64,000 nucleotides of DNA from Vicugna vicugna (GCA_013265495.1 MU057801.1:682001-746000); one strand, 5' to 3'. Shown: positions 26,307-40,664, numbered from the stretch's first letter. A program made the numbers and translations. Notes: generated by a model from the sequence alone, not told the origin.

Positions 26307-27699
26307 TCTCTTTAAACCTCAACTGTCATTGGAAGAAAATTTGCCAACTCAAGTGACGACAGAGAAAAAGCAAAGGGAAAAGTAGCAAAAGATAAAAGGA
26401 TAACAGCGCCTTAAAATTCCTCGTCCCCTTTCACAGCCCCTTATTCAAAATTTTGAAACCCGAGTATCTGGCAACTGTAGACGGTCTACATGACCACGCG
26501 AGCGATTTCGATTGTAGGATGGGACTGAGACGAGGCCACCGGACCAGCTGGAAGATCTGCCCGACCTGCCACGTTGTCCTCCTCCAAGGACATCACAGAA
26601 GAACCTGGGAGGTCCGCAGACGATCATAAATCCCAGGTGCCTCCGCTCTGATTCTTACGACAACCCTGCAAGGCAGGAAGAGGCCCTTTCCTGACTGGGG
26701 CAGGTTAGGGAAGGGACCCAGAGAGATGCAGTGATTTGCTCGAGGCCACACAGCCAGGAAGTGTCAGAGACGGGGTCAGAACCCTGCATCTGTCTCACTC
26801 CAAAACACACACCTTCTCTCTGCTATTTTATGGTTCGTTCTTAATATAAGCACCCCTTTCGATCCACTGAACCGCTGCCAAAATACTAACAACAGTGACA
26901 TCAAATTCACTAATAATCATGGACTCAAAACTAATCAAGTAAGAACTGACAAGATTTTTCCATTAAGGAAAGGGATTTCCCCCCAAAACCCAAAATCAAA
27001 CAAACAAAAAACACAACTCCATAGGAGATTCTTGCTTCATTTAGTGACAAGTTCTCGCTCTAATTCTAAGACACACGACAGACGAAGGACCAGACAACTG
27101 TGAGGAGTGAGGCCCGGGCACCCCACCGGCCTAAGCCTGGTTCTGGTCCACATCACTCGGCAGCCTGGCTCCATCACGACCATGAGATGCTCTGGGAGGC
27201 AGAGACGGGGAGCGGAGGGTCTGTGTGTCCAGGTGAACGAAGGCAGGTGGGCAGTGCCAGCCCACAGGGGACAGCTCTGCAAAGCTGGACACACCCAAGG
27301 GCGTGGTGACCTCTCCCCGGATCCAGCGAAGGCCGTGCAGTGAAAGCTGTGCACTGTGAGCGTGTGCCAATTACTTCCGTGGCCTGTCACGCATTTTCCG
27401 TGAAGTCAAGACTGTTCAGTCATATTCAATTATTTAAAATTAACGAGAACAGTTGGGTTCTCCTGTGTTACAATGGGAATCTTTAGCTTTATTTAAAGAA
27501 CTAAGTTATCTTTCTGTCATGTTCCCCTACAGATCCTGCCTGTTCTCTGGGTATGCTCTTACCACATGACCTCCAAAGGCACCTTCCGGTCCCTGCGGAG
27601 GGACGTCAGCCTCCCACCGCGCTGTCACGTCCAGCTCATGACCCACGCGGCTTTCCCCAGAGGATCCCTCAGAGTCAGCTCGTCCATTGGACCAAGGCC

Positions 27700-28570
27700 C
27701 CTATTTGTAAGCACGCCTCATTTTCCCAGCATCTTTCACACGATCCTCCTCCAGAAGTGCTTCATAAACACCGCGCCTCCCACCAACACCAGTGCGTCCC
27801 AGGGCGGCGCTGCGCAGGCTGCCGCCCGCAGGGCCCTTTCCACTTCTTCCCAGAAAGTCAGTCCATCACCGCCTTCTCCCCTCTCCGCTCAGGATGACAT
27901 CGGAGCACTCGTGCTGGGCCCCTCTCACCGTATGGTATGTGAGAGGCACAGCCATCTCCTGGGCCCTTGGCCTCCTCACCGGGCCAGGACTGCACTTCCA
28001 AGCTCTCTCTCCCCCAGACTGTCCTGCTCCCCTCCCTGGACCATCCCCCTGGTTGTCGAGCAGCAAATGTTAATTCCACCTCCCTTAAACCCGGCCCTCC
28101 CTTCCTCCCTCCCACATCAATACCTCCGCCAAGCCTGGACCACAGCTGGGACCTCCACCCACGCCAGGTGGGCCTCGCTCCCCTAGAACGTTCTCAGACA
28201 CTGACATCTCATGCAAGCAACGCTCACCTGGCCGTCTCCCCTTACTCAGCGCTCCCCACTCCCCAAGTGTGCAGGACACAGGGGCCTGTTCTCCCTCCTG
28301 GCCCCAGGCCTCCCCTCCTCAGCATCTCTGCTGGCTCAGCTCCTCCATCCATCATGCAGACGCCCCTCCTCTCCTACCGCACTCTCTCCCTGGGGGCCCA
28401 TTGAGTCCTGTGGCTTTAAACACGACCACCCAGCACCCCAGGGGCCACAGGTTTTTATTTCAGGAAGGAGCCTCACCTACCCTCCTCCCACTCCCATGCT
28501 TCTGTCCGCCTCCACCTCCTCCTCCTCGGATTCACCTGGCCCTGCACCAAGGCCATCAGCAACTGCCGTC
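27700..28570. mobile_element. Ancient L2-like fragments
   Basis: Motifs such as cattgagtcctgtggctttaaacacgacc and catctcatgcaagcaacgct are typical of degenerate L2. Confidence 0.4.
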
Positions 28571-28828
28571 TTCCTAATTTCCAACAACCTTCAGCAAATC
28601 AAAAGAGGAAGCAGACGGCTGAAAGGTGGGGGCCTAAAGAAGCCCAGTGAGAACTGTGAGCAGATTGCAACCTTCATGACGAAGCTCAGAAGGAAGTTTT
28701 TGAATTAAACTTCTAGACATTTAAAGTTAGTCCATTGTATTCTAGAAATTCTCAATGAATAAAACCAATTTGCCGTAAAAATCTAATTCATTTCTTGCAT
28801 TTGCAGTGTTTTAATAAAAAACACTTAC

Positions 28829-28940
28829 CCTGAACAGTAACCCTGCCAAGCTCTGGGCAAACAAGTCCTTTATTTGCTTATCCTTCGGCTTCTGCATGAC
28901 AGCTTCTGTTATCCTGAGGAGTATTTGCAACATCTGTTCC
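28829..28940 (-). CDS. RALGAPA2: RALGAPA2 coding exon (~exon 14), 112 nt: [37 protein letters not shown]
   Basis: Manual translation; ggcccag acceptor, AGG|gtaagt donor; phase 2 to 0. Confidence 0.96.
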
Positions 28941-31900
28941 CTGGGCCCCAAAAGAAAAGCTCATATGATTAATCACATCTCCAAAGCACTTGAAATCATA
29001 GGCACAAGAAATTCTTTGAAGAACTCTGCAAAATTGATAATCACGTGTTACTCGAAAGTATCTGAATGCCAGTTACAAAATGAATACCATATTTATTCAA
29101 ATAAGCTCCCTTCTGCTGCCACAGTTCTGAAAATACGCCTCCTTGGTCCACATTGACAGACAGCATAAAGCAGGCCTTACCCCAGCCTGGCGTCCTCCCC
29201 GCGGAGACAGGGAGGCGAGGCTGCTCTCCCCTCTGCGGCGCTCGGGGAGGAGCTGTGCCTCTTTGAACTCATGCAGGCCACTTCAATTTCAGGTCCATCA
29301 CTTAACCTGAGAGGGCCCCCTCTGTCTGTGTGACAGCAAAGAGCCCGAGCCTTCTGGTCCCCCCTCCCCGGGGGTCTGTGGTCAGCAGCATCGGGTGGCT
29401 GGGCTCCACAGCAGTCCCCTGGAACGAGGGCTGGGACAGGTCACCACTGGGTGCGCCAGGCACGGAGCTCTGTGCCTGGAAAGTTCTGGATCCATGCACA
29501 CACAGGGTGCACCCAAGAACCGTGGCCATGATGTCTGTCACAGTGCTCCTCCAAGGGGGAGGGAGGGTTACGCCAAAGGTCCCTGACGAGGAAAAAACAC
29601 CAGAGAGACGAAATCACTCTATGACAACGACGGCGATTCTCCGGCACGGCCAGAGGGCACCTTCCTTTCTTGCAGTCCAGTCTTCAGATTTGGCCCCAGA
29701 CGCCGTGGAAACAAGTTCCCCTTTGCACCAGGGAGCCCATGCGTTCTCTGAGGGAGACTGCCTGGTCCTTCCTTCGAGATCTTGTTCACGAACCCTCTGC
29801 TCATCCTTGTAACTTCCTCCTTGGCCTTGCTCTTCAGTGATAAAATCAAGAACTGGACAGAGTGACCTGGCCCAGGTCGGACTGTCAGATATGCAAGTAA
29901 GTCACAGCTCCTTTACTCTTTTCTCCTACTTCTGCACCCGGAACAGTACTTTCTCTCCACGTGAGGCTGAACCTCAAACCTCTCACGGCACAATGACCTC
30001 TAGGACCTCCTGCCCCACTTGGAGCTCACCCCGCTGGCCTCTGCCCGGGGTCTCTGCGGGTGCACGTCCACACTGCCACCCGCTCTGCCAGTGGGCCTGC
30101 CCGATGCTGCCTGCAGAGTCTGCAGGCTCCGGGGAAGAGCTGTGGGGTCAGGGCTCTGGGCACACGTGTGATGTGGAGGAGGATGAGGGGAGAAACGGGG
30201 CAGAGCTGGGGACAGCCTGCTGTCCCCCACATCTGGGGTCCCCGGGGCCCTGTCCCGGGGTGGGGAGGGCAGCAGCCAGCATCACCCCTGTCTGCACATG
30301 TCACATGATGTGTAAGACAAGGAAACACTGTCCCTTCCACACCCATCCTGCAGACATGAGAACAAGAAACGTAATTTTCAAATAAAACCTCCATCACAGG
30401 ACTGCCATCGAGCCGTGCACACCTGATGGAGGCAGACTGACGCAGACTGAGCGCAGATTTAATTTCTGAGCCTGTGACAGCTGAGTAACCATGACATCCC
30501 CATGCAGTCTCCTGAAGGAGAAAAGGGCGAAAAACTATTTCCAGTCTGGAAAACTCCTTCCCTCACAGTTTGACCTCAGCTTGTTCCTTTGCACTTCGTG
30601 AAGCACTGACTCCTGGCCACTCCTCTAGGAGGGGACAGTGCAGCCAGCTCCCAGGGGCCCAGGACGTCAGCGAGGCTGGCAGGGTGGGGCGAGGGCCTCT
30701 CCTCTGGCCTCTCTGTCCTTCACTTTGCCCCCATCTCCTCGCACGCCTCACTCACCTAGAGGTGCTTCTGTGCTCGCTGTGTCTCTCGGGGCTTCGAGGA
30801 CGAGAACCTTGTCTGGCTCAGCCTGTGTCCTCACGTGGAAGCTGGCTAGTCATTTACTGGATGGAGGGAGGGATGGTGTTCAGGGGCTGTCTGGTACCTC
30901 AATACCTAAGAAAATCTGTTCGGGAATTATCACATCCCCGTCTACACTCTACTGACTATTTTTTTCTTTTTGGTGAGTATTTTCATCTATTTCTATAATT
31001 TGATTTTTCTGTATTTTTAGTTGGAAATCTCTGAATTATTAAAGAACGGAGAAGAATTAATTTTATTTTCTAGAATTTTCACCCAAAAAAAAGGTGATCC
31101 AGAAATATCAAAATATTACTGATTGACCGGTATGCAGAATTCAGAGAGTTTTCAAAGGAAAAAGACCATCAAAAGCACAGGATACAACAGGTAGGAGGAG
31201 CTGAGGTCTCAGGTGAGGGCACCGGCCTTTCCCATCACTTCCACGTTAGGGACACGGCATTGCACTCACTTGTTCATCGCTGTTAACGCTCTCACTACTG
31301 CTCTTGGCACATGGTGCTAGGTGGAAAATCTGGGAAAGGTGACACTGGAATGCACATCTTAGAAGGGTCATTTTGATACTTGTGGTTTCTGTATTTGTGA
31401 ACTTCCTGCCTGCCGGCTTCCTCCAGTCCACCCTTCCCTCAGCTGAGAAAGGAGAGCTGGACGTGATGGACTGGAGGTCCTGCCAGCTCAGTTCTACCTC
31501 ATCTGCAGTTAAAGTTCCACCGACTGCAGACAGACTCTTCCCACAGCACCCTGGGTGCAAATGAAGCACCCAGAGCACAGGCTCAGTCATGGGGACCCCG
31601 CGCATTTCTGGGGAAGGTCCCGCCTGCACGAGTCTGCAGTGAGCCAAGACCGGAGATCACCACGGAGGATGCTGACCGCAGTCAGGTTGGCAGTGAGGGC
31701 GCAGCCCGGGCGAGAGGACATGCGAGGGACTGACTGGAGAAGCTCTTGGAAGGCAGAAGCCAGAGGCTGCCTTCCCCGCATGGAAGGAAGGGGAGCAGGT
31801 AGGAGGGGCTCCAGGCTCTGTTCCAAGCGGAGAATCCCTGAAAACACCTCGGGGGCTGGAGGGACCTGAGGACACTCAGTGCGGAAAGTCCTGTGCCGCG

Positions 31901-32461
31901 CTTGCTTCTGGGGTGTTATAAACACAAAAACTCCACACAAAGACGAGCAGCGGAAGGGAAAGCGGCTCACAGACGTGTGTCCGACCTGCATGCCGCCACC
32001 GTGGTTCTGACTGCACCCTGACAGTTTAACGCGTAAAATACTGGCTTTTCCAAACGAATTTAAAACTTAAAATTCAGAGCAGCACAGTCAGTTACAAGTG
32101 TTCTGGACCAATTAGCCAGCCCTCCTGGGCTCACGAAAAATGATACTACAAAACACCAGTTACTGCTTTTCCACAGAACTGTTTGATGACGGTTTAAAAT
32201 GGAAAAAATCTACTTAAGTAAAATGACTACTTACTCTTAATTGGAGAACGGTTTTAAAAACTCATAATGAAAATAAATGAACTATCAAAGTGCTGGATAC
32301 TTACCCTCGTAATTCCCAGGAAATGTTACAAAAGACTGATCATCATCTTACTGTTAACTTTGTAAAGCTATTTAATAAGTGGAGGCTTTAACCTTTTAAC
32401 TGTTATGTTCAAAAACAAAAACATCTGTTTCACAACATTAATTAATTCAAAATAGACTCAC

Positions 32462-32610
32462 CACGTCTTTTTATTCATTGTAAGTTCCATTATCATGCGC
32501 CTAAAAATATTCAAAACAGCCTTACAGGCATCAACTTGCTCTTTCAAGAGCACGGGAACTTCAACACATGGTTCCAGCAAAAAGACGTTTGCAGCGTTTG
32601 TCAAAAAGAC
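32462..32610 (-). CDS. RALGAPA2: RALGAPA2 coding exon (~exon 13), 149 nt: [49 protein letters not shown](W)
   Basis: Within ORF 32458..32754; ttttcag acceptor, TG|gtgagt donor. Confidence 0.96.
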
Positions 32611-35337
32611 CTGAAAATCAACAAATTTTACATTAGAACGTCTGAAACAGACAGATAAACCGCAACAAATTCTGCTTAAAGAGAATGACTTCAATTTCAC
32701 ACGACAACAGATTACCTTTGAGTTATTTCCATACGGCAAGTGGTACCAACACATACTCAGACTTTTTCTAGTTCAACCCTTAGAATCTCTTAAATACTGA
32801 CGCCTGGAAGACCTTTTCTAGAAAAAACATAGCTCTTACAAATAAATACTGCAGCTTTGGAAATTCATGAATCACAAAGGCTTCTGAAGACTTCTTCTTG
32901 ACATCCCCTCAAAAATGTTTCTAAAAAGGTAAGAGAGGATCGCTGTCTGTGGGTGGGGAGGAGCTACGGTCAGACAGCGGCCGGAAGGAACCAACAGATT
33001 CTCCCCTTGTGTCCAGCTTTGCTGCCTGGAGGCGGCCAGCACCACCCAAGGGGCAGCGGTGAGCCAGGGAGCAGGCGAAGGCACGTGGCCCGCACTGTAC
33101 GTCTTCCCAGAGCGTGTGTTTCCAATGTGAGAAATGCGTTATGCAGCAGAATACAAACCTAAGGGAGTTCTTGGGATTAAACCTGAGATTTCAAAAAATT
33201 TAGATAGCCAACTGCTCTCCGCTCTGCCTCAGATCTTTAGGAGACAAGTTCCCTGTCCTCTCTCCACCTTCAGCGGTATTTCAGGAGAAAACCGTGAGAC
33301 GCGGGGTCCAGGCCGTCCTGCGGGAAGTCACTGCTTGGGCACCACTGCGCCGTAACACCGCGCTATCATTTTCGCAGGTGACACTCTGACCCTCGCTTGA
33401 GGGAATCCTGGTTTGTCAATGGTAACGAGGATGTATCTTCTCCATCCTCCAGAGCTACAGTCCCTCTTAGCTCTCCCTCCTGCTCAGCAGGACAAACACT
33501 CAGGATCTGGGAACAGACAGAGCTTCTCTGGCTGACAGGTGCATGAAATCCCCTAATGCAACGTCTCCAAACAGAGGCACAAACTGACCAAAGGAATTGA
33601 AAGGAACATACTCAGAAGTCAAGTGGGAGAACTACAATGTTGACGGCCTCGTAGGTTATTTTATGTAAGATTAAAAAGGTATTATGTCCCAGCCTCCTAG
33701 GAAGAATCACAGAACAAGCACTGTAATAGTTGACGGCAGCAGTTGTGAGGAATTTGCTAGCCTTCAAGTAAGAAAAAAAGAAAAGAACGTTCTGACTCTC
33801 GAACTACAGCAGTTTTAGGGACAGTTTCCTAAGCAGTACGCCATCGACGAGACTGCAGCACAGATCCTTTGACTTCAACGCGCTTGGCTTCTTGCTTGGA
33901 TTTTAAACCTCTGCACACTCCCAAGTAAAAGTGCGGAGTCTTCAGATGTGCTACTTCTTTCATTTTACTTTTAAGAAAAACATCCAAATGCCGGCTCCAT
34001 GGTCTTTATTACCGTGTTAGTATTGGTTACAGTAAAAACAAACCAACGAAATTAATACGTCCAAACTGTGCTTGTCAAAAGCAACTGCAGAACAGCACTG
34101 TCTCATCGAACCCCCACCGGGCCGCCTTTTCCCAATTAACCAAGTAAAGGACCAAGGAACTAGACACGCGGGAACAAAAACAGCTATTTAAATCCGTGCT
34201 AGACACTCTTCACAACGGTAGAGCCATAATCAAGCAGGAAAAAATTTTCTTGGCTCATCCAAGTGGACGTAACTTCTCCTTTCCAAGAAAACAAGCAACT
34301 CATCTGGACCAGGGAAGTAACAGGCGCCTGCAACCCCCACGGACTGCAGGGGGAGAGGGGACGGCTCATCACGGCACGCGGCCAGGATCTGGGAGCAAGA
34401 GGGCAGGGCAGGGACCGCTCTGGGACAGCCCAGGTGACACTTAGCTTTGCCAGTTCTCTGAAGCTAATCAGGTAAAACCATCTTGATTTTTCTAAAGCTA
34501 ATTTCAAATTATTTCCTGTTTCTCAAAGAAAACTGAGAAAATTCATTTGTTACAGTATATGAAACTGGTAATTAACTTGAAAACAGAAAGGATCCCGCGA
34601 TAAGGAAACCTCTCAAGAGACAGACGACAGGAACGCGGCATCACTGAACACTGGGTAACGAGCACGCCCACGAGTCCCAGGACCCCTCGCCTGGCCTGGG
34701 TGTGGGAGGCTGCACTGGCACAGCTCAACCGGGATACGGGATGGAGGGTGGGGGCCGGGGAGCAGGGGACAGAGAAGTTTTCACTTACACTTCTCACAGC
34801 CGTCAAGCTGGAGGGACCCAAGAGGGACCCATCCTCATCTCTGAGACAAAATCTCCCAGCCGGGGGAGATCGAGTGATAACCAAAGTTGCTCCCTCCAAC
34901 ATTCCCAAAAGCTATCAGTTCTAATTCAGATACTCATTCAGATAAACTTATAAAAATCACTGCATTGATCGTCACTCGTCATAAACACAGGCGATTGTTA
35001 AGAGGAATATTACATAGGAGATTATGTAACCACCAAGCTTGTCTTGCAAATTAGAATCCAGGCAACTCCCTACCCATGTGGGTTCAGAAGACACTTTGAA
35101 GGTTTAAATCTCAGTCATTTCATATTCACGCTTTAACAACCCCTCTCGAAAAGCTGCAACCGGTTCACATGTCTCCTTTGATTAGAAAAAAACCTCCACA
35201 CACTGAGGGCGGGCAACCAGGAAGAAGACTCAGGACGAGAGCTGCCGGAGAGCGTCACATGCTTCAGTGCCGTCCCCCCGGTGAGCAGCGCTCGGACTGA
35301 CTGCGTGTGCGGGCCTGGCGGCGCGGCCCCCGCGTAC

Positions 35338-35475
35338 CTGCAGCGCGGCCTGGGCCCCCGCCTTCACGCTCCTGTTCTCCTCCTCTGTCACGCAGCCTCT
35401 GCTCACCGCGCTGGTGAACGAGTAGGAGCGACCCCAGCTGGAAGACCGCTTGTGACCGGAACTTTCCGACAAGGC
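35338..35475 (-). CDS. RALGAPA2: RALGAPA2 coding exon (~exon 12), 138 nt: [46 protein letters not shown]
   Basis: Within ORF 35230..35601; cccaaag acceptor, CAG|gtacgc donor; contains the basophilic phospho-motif KRSSSW. Confidence 0.95.
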
Positions 35476-35935
35476 CTTTGGGAAACAACAGTCAGTCAGC
35501 AGAGCGGGAAGGAGGCGTCGCACGTTTAACTCCTTCCGCTCATCAGAATGCGTGCAAACACAGGTTCTAGGAGCAAGTCTCGTTTCCGTTTTGTTCACCA
35601 TTCTCCCTCCATCACCTAAAACAGCTCTTAGCGCTTAGCACGTGCTGAAGAAATAAATAGGTGATGTCTGTCCAATGACTGAATGAGAGTGACTGTTTAT
35701 TTTGACCTCATGATTAGTTATTAAAATGATTTCACCAACATTGAAGAATTACAGCATTAACATAGATGCTTCCGAGTGATACACTTTTGGTTATGAGTAT
35801 TTTTTAATGTTTGTTGTTAATTGCTATGACGAACACCCACTTGTAGAAATAGTTCTCAGCCTAGATTTCCAAAGAGCTTGCCAGAAATATAAATATGACC
35901 TAAGTTTCTTTTGTGTGTCAAGAAGACGACCCTCG

Positions 35936-36240
35936 GGACACTAATGAACTCATCTACAAAACAGAAACAGACTTGCAGACATAGTAATAATCTTATGGTT
36001 ACCGGGGAAAGGGGGTGGGAAGGGACAAATTTGGGAGTCTGAGATTTGCAAAGGTTAACTACTAGATAAAAAACAAATTTCTTCTGTATAGCACAGGGAA
36101 CTATATTTAATATCTTGTAGTAACCTATAATGAAAAAAATATAAAAACAATTTATATATATGTATGACTGAAACATGACGCTATACACCAGAAACTAACA
36201 TATTATAACTGACCGTACTTCAATTGGAAAAAAAAAAAAA
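35936..36240 (+). mobile_element. Truncated L1 3' end with poly(A)
   Basis: aatgaactcatctacaaaacagaaacagac...tatagcacagggaactatatt...tacttcaattggaaaaaaaaaaaa. Confidence 0.9.
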
Positions 36241-36809
36241 GCAAAGGACCACCTGTCATTCTAGATTCATCCAACCTGCAGCTTCATCTAACGTGGAACG
36301 AAAGGTACATCCTGGCAGCACCCCTCTCCAAGGACAGCGCCCAGCCCTGCAGCCCGGCTCACAGCAGGGATAATAAACACTCGGTTAGGCCTTTCAAGTG
36401 TGCAACATTTGGAACTGACCGCTGTTCAGGAAAAGTCTGCCAAAACACTCTAAGTTTACTGTATCAAGTACTGCTTACTGAAACACAGCACTGATAAGGC
36501 CGTGACATTTTTAGTCTCCTGCGGAGACATGAAGCATGCTGGCTTACTAAAAGGTTCTCAGGCAATGGGGAATAAAGAAGCCGCCACGCACGTGTGGCCG
36601 CCAGAGGGTAGGAGGTGCCCGAGGACCTTGAACGGGGCCCGGAAGCAGCCTCCCCAAGGCAGGCGCTCATGCAACTCAGCAACCCAGGAGCATCACACAT
36701 GACAACAAAGAGAGGGTCTGCCCACGCCCTGACTGTGACCCTCGACCGAGCAGGTGTGCTTCGCTAAAACACAGATGCTCCCAACTCAACAGCAGGTGAT
36801 GAAACATAC

Positions 36810-36977
36810 CTCCGTGGTATCCGTCTCTGAAAATCCCAACTTCTCAGCATCTTCTTGGGCAGCTTCCTTTATGTCCGGTTCCTCCATGAACACGGGTTTG
36901 TCTTGGAGGATCCACTTTCTGTACACTTGAACCACTTTTCTGGTGATGGCTATGTCACAGGAAGGCAGCAGAAATGC
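36810..36977 (-). CDS. RALGAPA2: RALGAPA2 coding exon (~exon 11), 168 nt: [56 protein letters not shown]
   Basis: Manual translation; cattttag acceptor, GAG|gtatgt donor. Confidence 0.96.
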
Positions 36978-38369
36978 CTAAAATGATAAGAGGAACTACT
37001 TCCAGCTCCCTTCAACGCAAGCTCAGGTCACCACAGCCAGACAGACACTGCCAATGGCCGGCACCAATTTCAGACTTCCCAGCGAAACATGCAGCTTGTG
37101 AACATACTCTCCAGGGCCACGAGATTTTTGTGTGTTTGCACCAGACTTAACTGAGGACAAAAAGACATCCGTGTAATTGGGCCAGAAAACAAAATGCAAT
37201 TTAAAAAGACTTCCACATTCTGAATATTTTTGCCACAAAATAACCAAAGTGCATACCTACACAGCCATATTAATTGGTATATGAACAATAATAATTGTAC
37301 AACCAAGAACTTTCCTCAAAGCATCAGAAATAGATGATGTGGTAACCAACATAACAGCACTGCTGGTTAAAACGTCTCTTCCCAGGTTCACATTCAGGGA
37401 CGTGGTGCTGGTACCCTGAACTGGACGTCGTGGGAGCAGTCCCACCACAGAAGCTGGCAAATGTCACCAGAAAGGGCTTTTCTTTTCCTTTTCGTCTTTT
37501 TAGCCTTTCTTTCCCTTTTTCTTTCTTCTCTTCCTCCTCTCCCCCTTCCTTTCTTGAGACTCAGTTGTAGCATTGTACAAATTTATGTGAACTTTTTAAC
37601 ATCCAAGAAATCCCCTGACACATCTGCACATAAGAATATTGATTTATTATGATCAGATTCCAAATGTAGACAACCGTGTAACAAAACTCAGTACCAGTAT
37701 TTGCTCCATATGTTTGAGGCGAAATTCCTAGTTGAATTACAGGTTCAGATTTCACTACAGACTTAGAATTACATGTTCCTTTGAATTGAATCTTTCACCA
37801 TTAAGAATTTTCTCTAGTAATGTCTCTCTCTCTCTCTTTTTTTTTTTTTTGTTCAAAGTTACTCCTGCCTGTTTTGAATACAGCTCTCCAGTTTTCTTTT
37901 GGTTAGTGTTTGCATGGTACATCTTTTTCTATTTTTTTGCTTTCAACTTCCCCATATTCATATGTTTGGGATGTCCCCTTACACATAATATACAGCCTTT
38001 TTAAGAGTTTATAAGTTTAAAATTCAAGCTTATAATTTCTGTCTTTTGATTGGAGCATTACTGCATTTACGTTTAAAGTAACGACCGCTGTAACTGTGTT
38101 AAAGACGCCTGTCTCATTCTCCACTTTCAGGCTGGTGACATTAGGCAGCCTCTTCTCCTCTAGATTAGTATTTTCACACTCTTTTGTAACATTTTAAGGG
38201 TTAACAATATTCATCCCTCACTTTAAATCTAGTATCAACTTCAACTTTTACTCTCTCAGTATGCATTTTCATCCTTCTCAGTTTATAGCAAACACTGATA
38301 GACTTTGGGGAGAAATATAGACAAAGCCCCAGTCATAGCAGGACACGTTCAGTAACTGAGAGAAATTTA

Positions 38370-38697
38370 TAATAAAAACAGAGGAAAAAAGAGGACACTA
38401 AATGAACTCATTTACAAAACAGAAACAGACTCACAGACACAGTACACAATCTTTTGTTTACAGGGGAAAAGGGATGGGGAGGGATAAATTTTGCAGTTTG
38501 AGATTTGCAAATATTAGCCACTATACATTAAAATAGATTTAAAAAATTTCTTCTGTACAGCCAGGGAACTATATTCAGCATCTTTTAATAACCTTTCATG
38601 AAAAAGAATATGAAAATGAATATATGTATGTATATGCATGACTGGGACATTGTGCTGTAACCAGAAATTGACACATTGTAACTGGCTATACTTCAAT
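38370..38697 (+). mobile_element. Truncated L1 3' end
   Basis: Closely similar to the 35936 copy. Confidence 0.88.
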
Positions 38698-38986
38698 GCT
38701 GAACACATGCATCAGATGTGCTAGCTGACCTCCCCACCTCAGCCTCTCACGCCCTTCACCTCTGTCTCTCAGAGCTGCATTCAGGCTAATTTCTTCTGAC
38801 CTGTCATCCAATGTATTCTCTTTTCAGCTGTATTTAATCTGCTATTAAACTTACCCACTGAGGATTTCCTTTAGTATTTCAATTATTACATTTTTTCATC
38901 TCTAGAAGTTCTATTTTCTTTCTATTCAAATCTGCTTAGTCATCTGCTATAGCTTCTTATTTCCTGCAAACGTTTTCAAGTGTGTC

Positions 38987-39111
38987 TTTTTTGTGGGTGG
39001 GGAGTGTAATTTATTTTATTTATTTATTTTTAGAGTGGGTACTAGGGATTGAACCCAAGATCTCATGAATGCTAAGCACAAGCTCTACCACTTTAGCTAT
39101 ACCCTCCCCCC
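38987..39111 (-). mobile_element. tRNA-Ala-derived camelid-type SINE
   Basis: Reverse complement gggggagggtatagctaaagtggtagagcttgtgcttagc...; imperfect target-site duplication tcaag(tg/ct)tgtctttt. Confidence 0.9.
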
Positions 39112-39939
39112 TCAAGCTTGTCTTTTATTTCTTTAAACATGTCAAACATATTCATTCTAAAGTCTCAATTGTATAACTGAAGTCCTCGTGAGGCTTCCCT
39201 GTAACTTCTGATTGTCTGTCTAGACAAATTCGGATTCATCAATTCCTAAGTGGAAGAAAGAGTAACCTGGAATTATTATACCCAGCTAAACTACTGACCA
39301 TGTGCAAAGGCAAATGGAAAAACTTTCCTATCACAAAAGGATTCAGAGAATAAAGTTTCCAAGACATCTTCTTGAAAACACCACTCAGTGATAAAATAAG
39401 ACCAAACAGGAAGTCAACCAAAGCAAGTATTTCAGGGCTGTGGACACTGGGAGGGATGAACCTGTCTAAATGCAGAACCAAGACTAAATATCTCTGCGCA
39501 TTAGGATTCCAAACCGACTGAAAATGAGGGTAAATTTATAATTTAAATTTAAATTTATAACGATGAAATCAGCAGACAGGGAGAAGAGGCTGAAAAAAAT
39601 ACAAGGCTGCTTATTTCTTCACATATCATCACAAGAAATCAAATGCTATCTAAAATTACAACATGCAGCTAAAAAGTGATTCCAACACCTTAACATTATT
39701 ATAATCTTTTTACCATGGCCAAATCTTTTAGCAATTAATATCTCTTGTGGTAAAGGAATATTTACTGGAACTTCAACAATTCCTTCAGTTTTGCTTTCTT
39801 TTCTTCGGTTAAATTCAGGTAAAAATAAAATTCAGAACTGTTCAGTAACTACATTAAAGATTGATTAATAATTAAAAATTCCATTGTCATAAAGCTGTTC
39901 TGTGGTCCCCCTCCCCACCCCTGCCGCTTCCACACACCT

Positions 39940-40260
39940 GTTGTGGCCCCCACCTTAACTCCATCAGCCTCTGTCTGGTCCCACCTGTCTCTGTCCATGA
40001 CTACCTGCCTGCCTCTCCATCCCCCCACCTGCCAAGTTCCCATCTCTGTCTGCCTGTCTTTCTGTGCCCACCCAGCTGTCCAGCTACACCTGTCCACATA
40101 TGTCCACCTCTGCTGTCTGGCCTGCTCCTGCCTGTCTGTTCTTCTACGCCTGCCTGCCAGTTTGTTGATATCTCTTAGCTCATTTGTAAGTCCTTCCTCC
40201 TATCTGTCCACCAGGCTGCTTCCTGTCTGTTCACATCCTGTCTTACGTGCATCCTCTCAG
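39940..40260. repeat. Low-complexity pyrimidine-rich (ctgtc/ccac) tract
   Basis: Repeated tctgtc/cctgcc/ccacc motifs. Confidence 0.6.
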
Positions 40261-40487
40261 CTGGTTTCTCATGCTCTCAGGCCGGCAGTCATATATACAC
40301 TTAGAGAAACACCTAGAATGATGCTCTTCTAACATTTATAGCTGTTACTTACATGGCATGGTATTGTTTTGGGTGAACTGGTTCTTGCTTCTCCTCTATA
40401 ATTACATATATATATAGAGAGAGAGAGAGACTGCTTTATCTAATGAACATTCATCTCTTTTTTCAAGATAGAAATAAAGTTGTTCTT

Positions 40488-40664
40488 GCCGGGAGGGTAT
40501 AGCTCAAGTGGTACAGTGCGTGCTTAGCACGCACAAGGTCCTGGGTTCAGCCCCCAGTACCTCCTCCAAAAACAAACAAACAAACAAACCTAATTACCTC
40601 CCTCTCCTAATAATTAAGCACGTAAGTAAGTAAGTAAATAAATAAAACGATTGCTTAAAAAAAA
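40488..40664 (+). mobile_element. tRNA-Ala-derived camelid-type SINE with (CAAA)n/(TAAG)n tail
   Basis: gggagggtatagctcaagtggtacagtgcgtgcttagcacgcacaaggtcctgggttc; flanked by aaa(g/a)ttgttctt target-site duplication. Confidence 0.92.
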
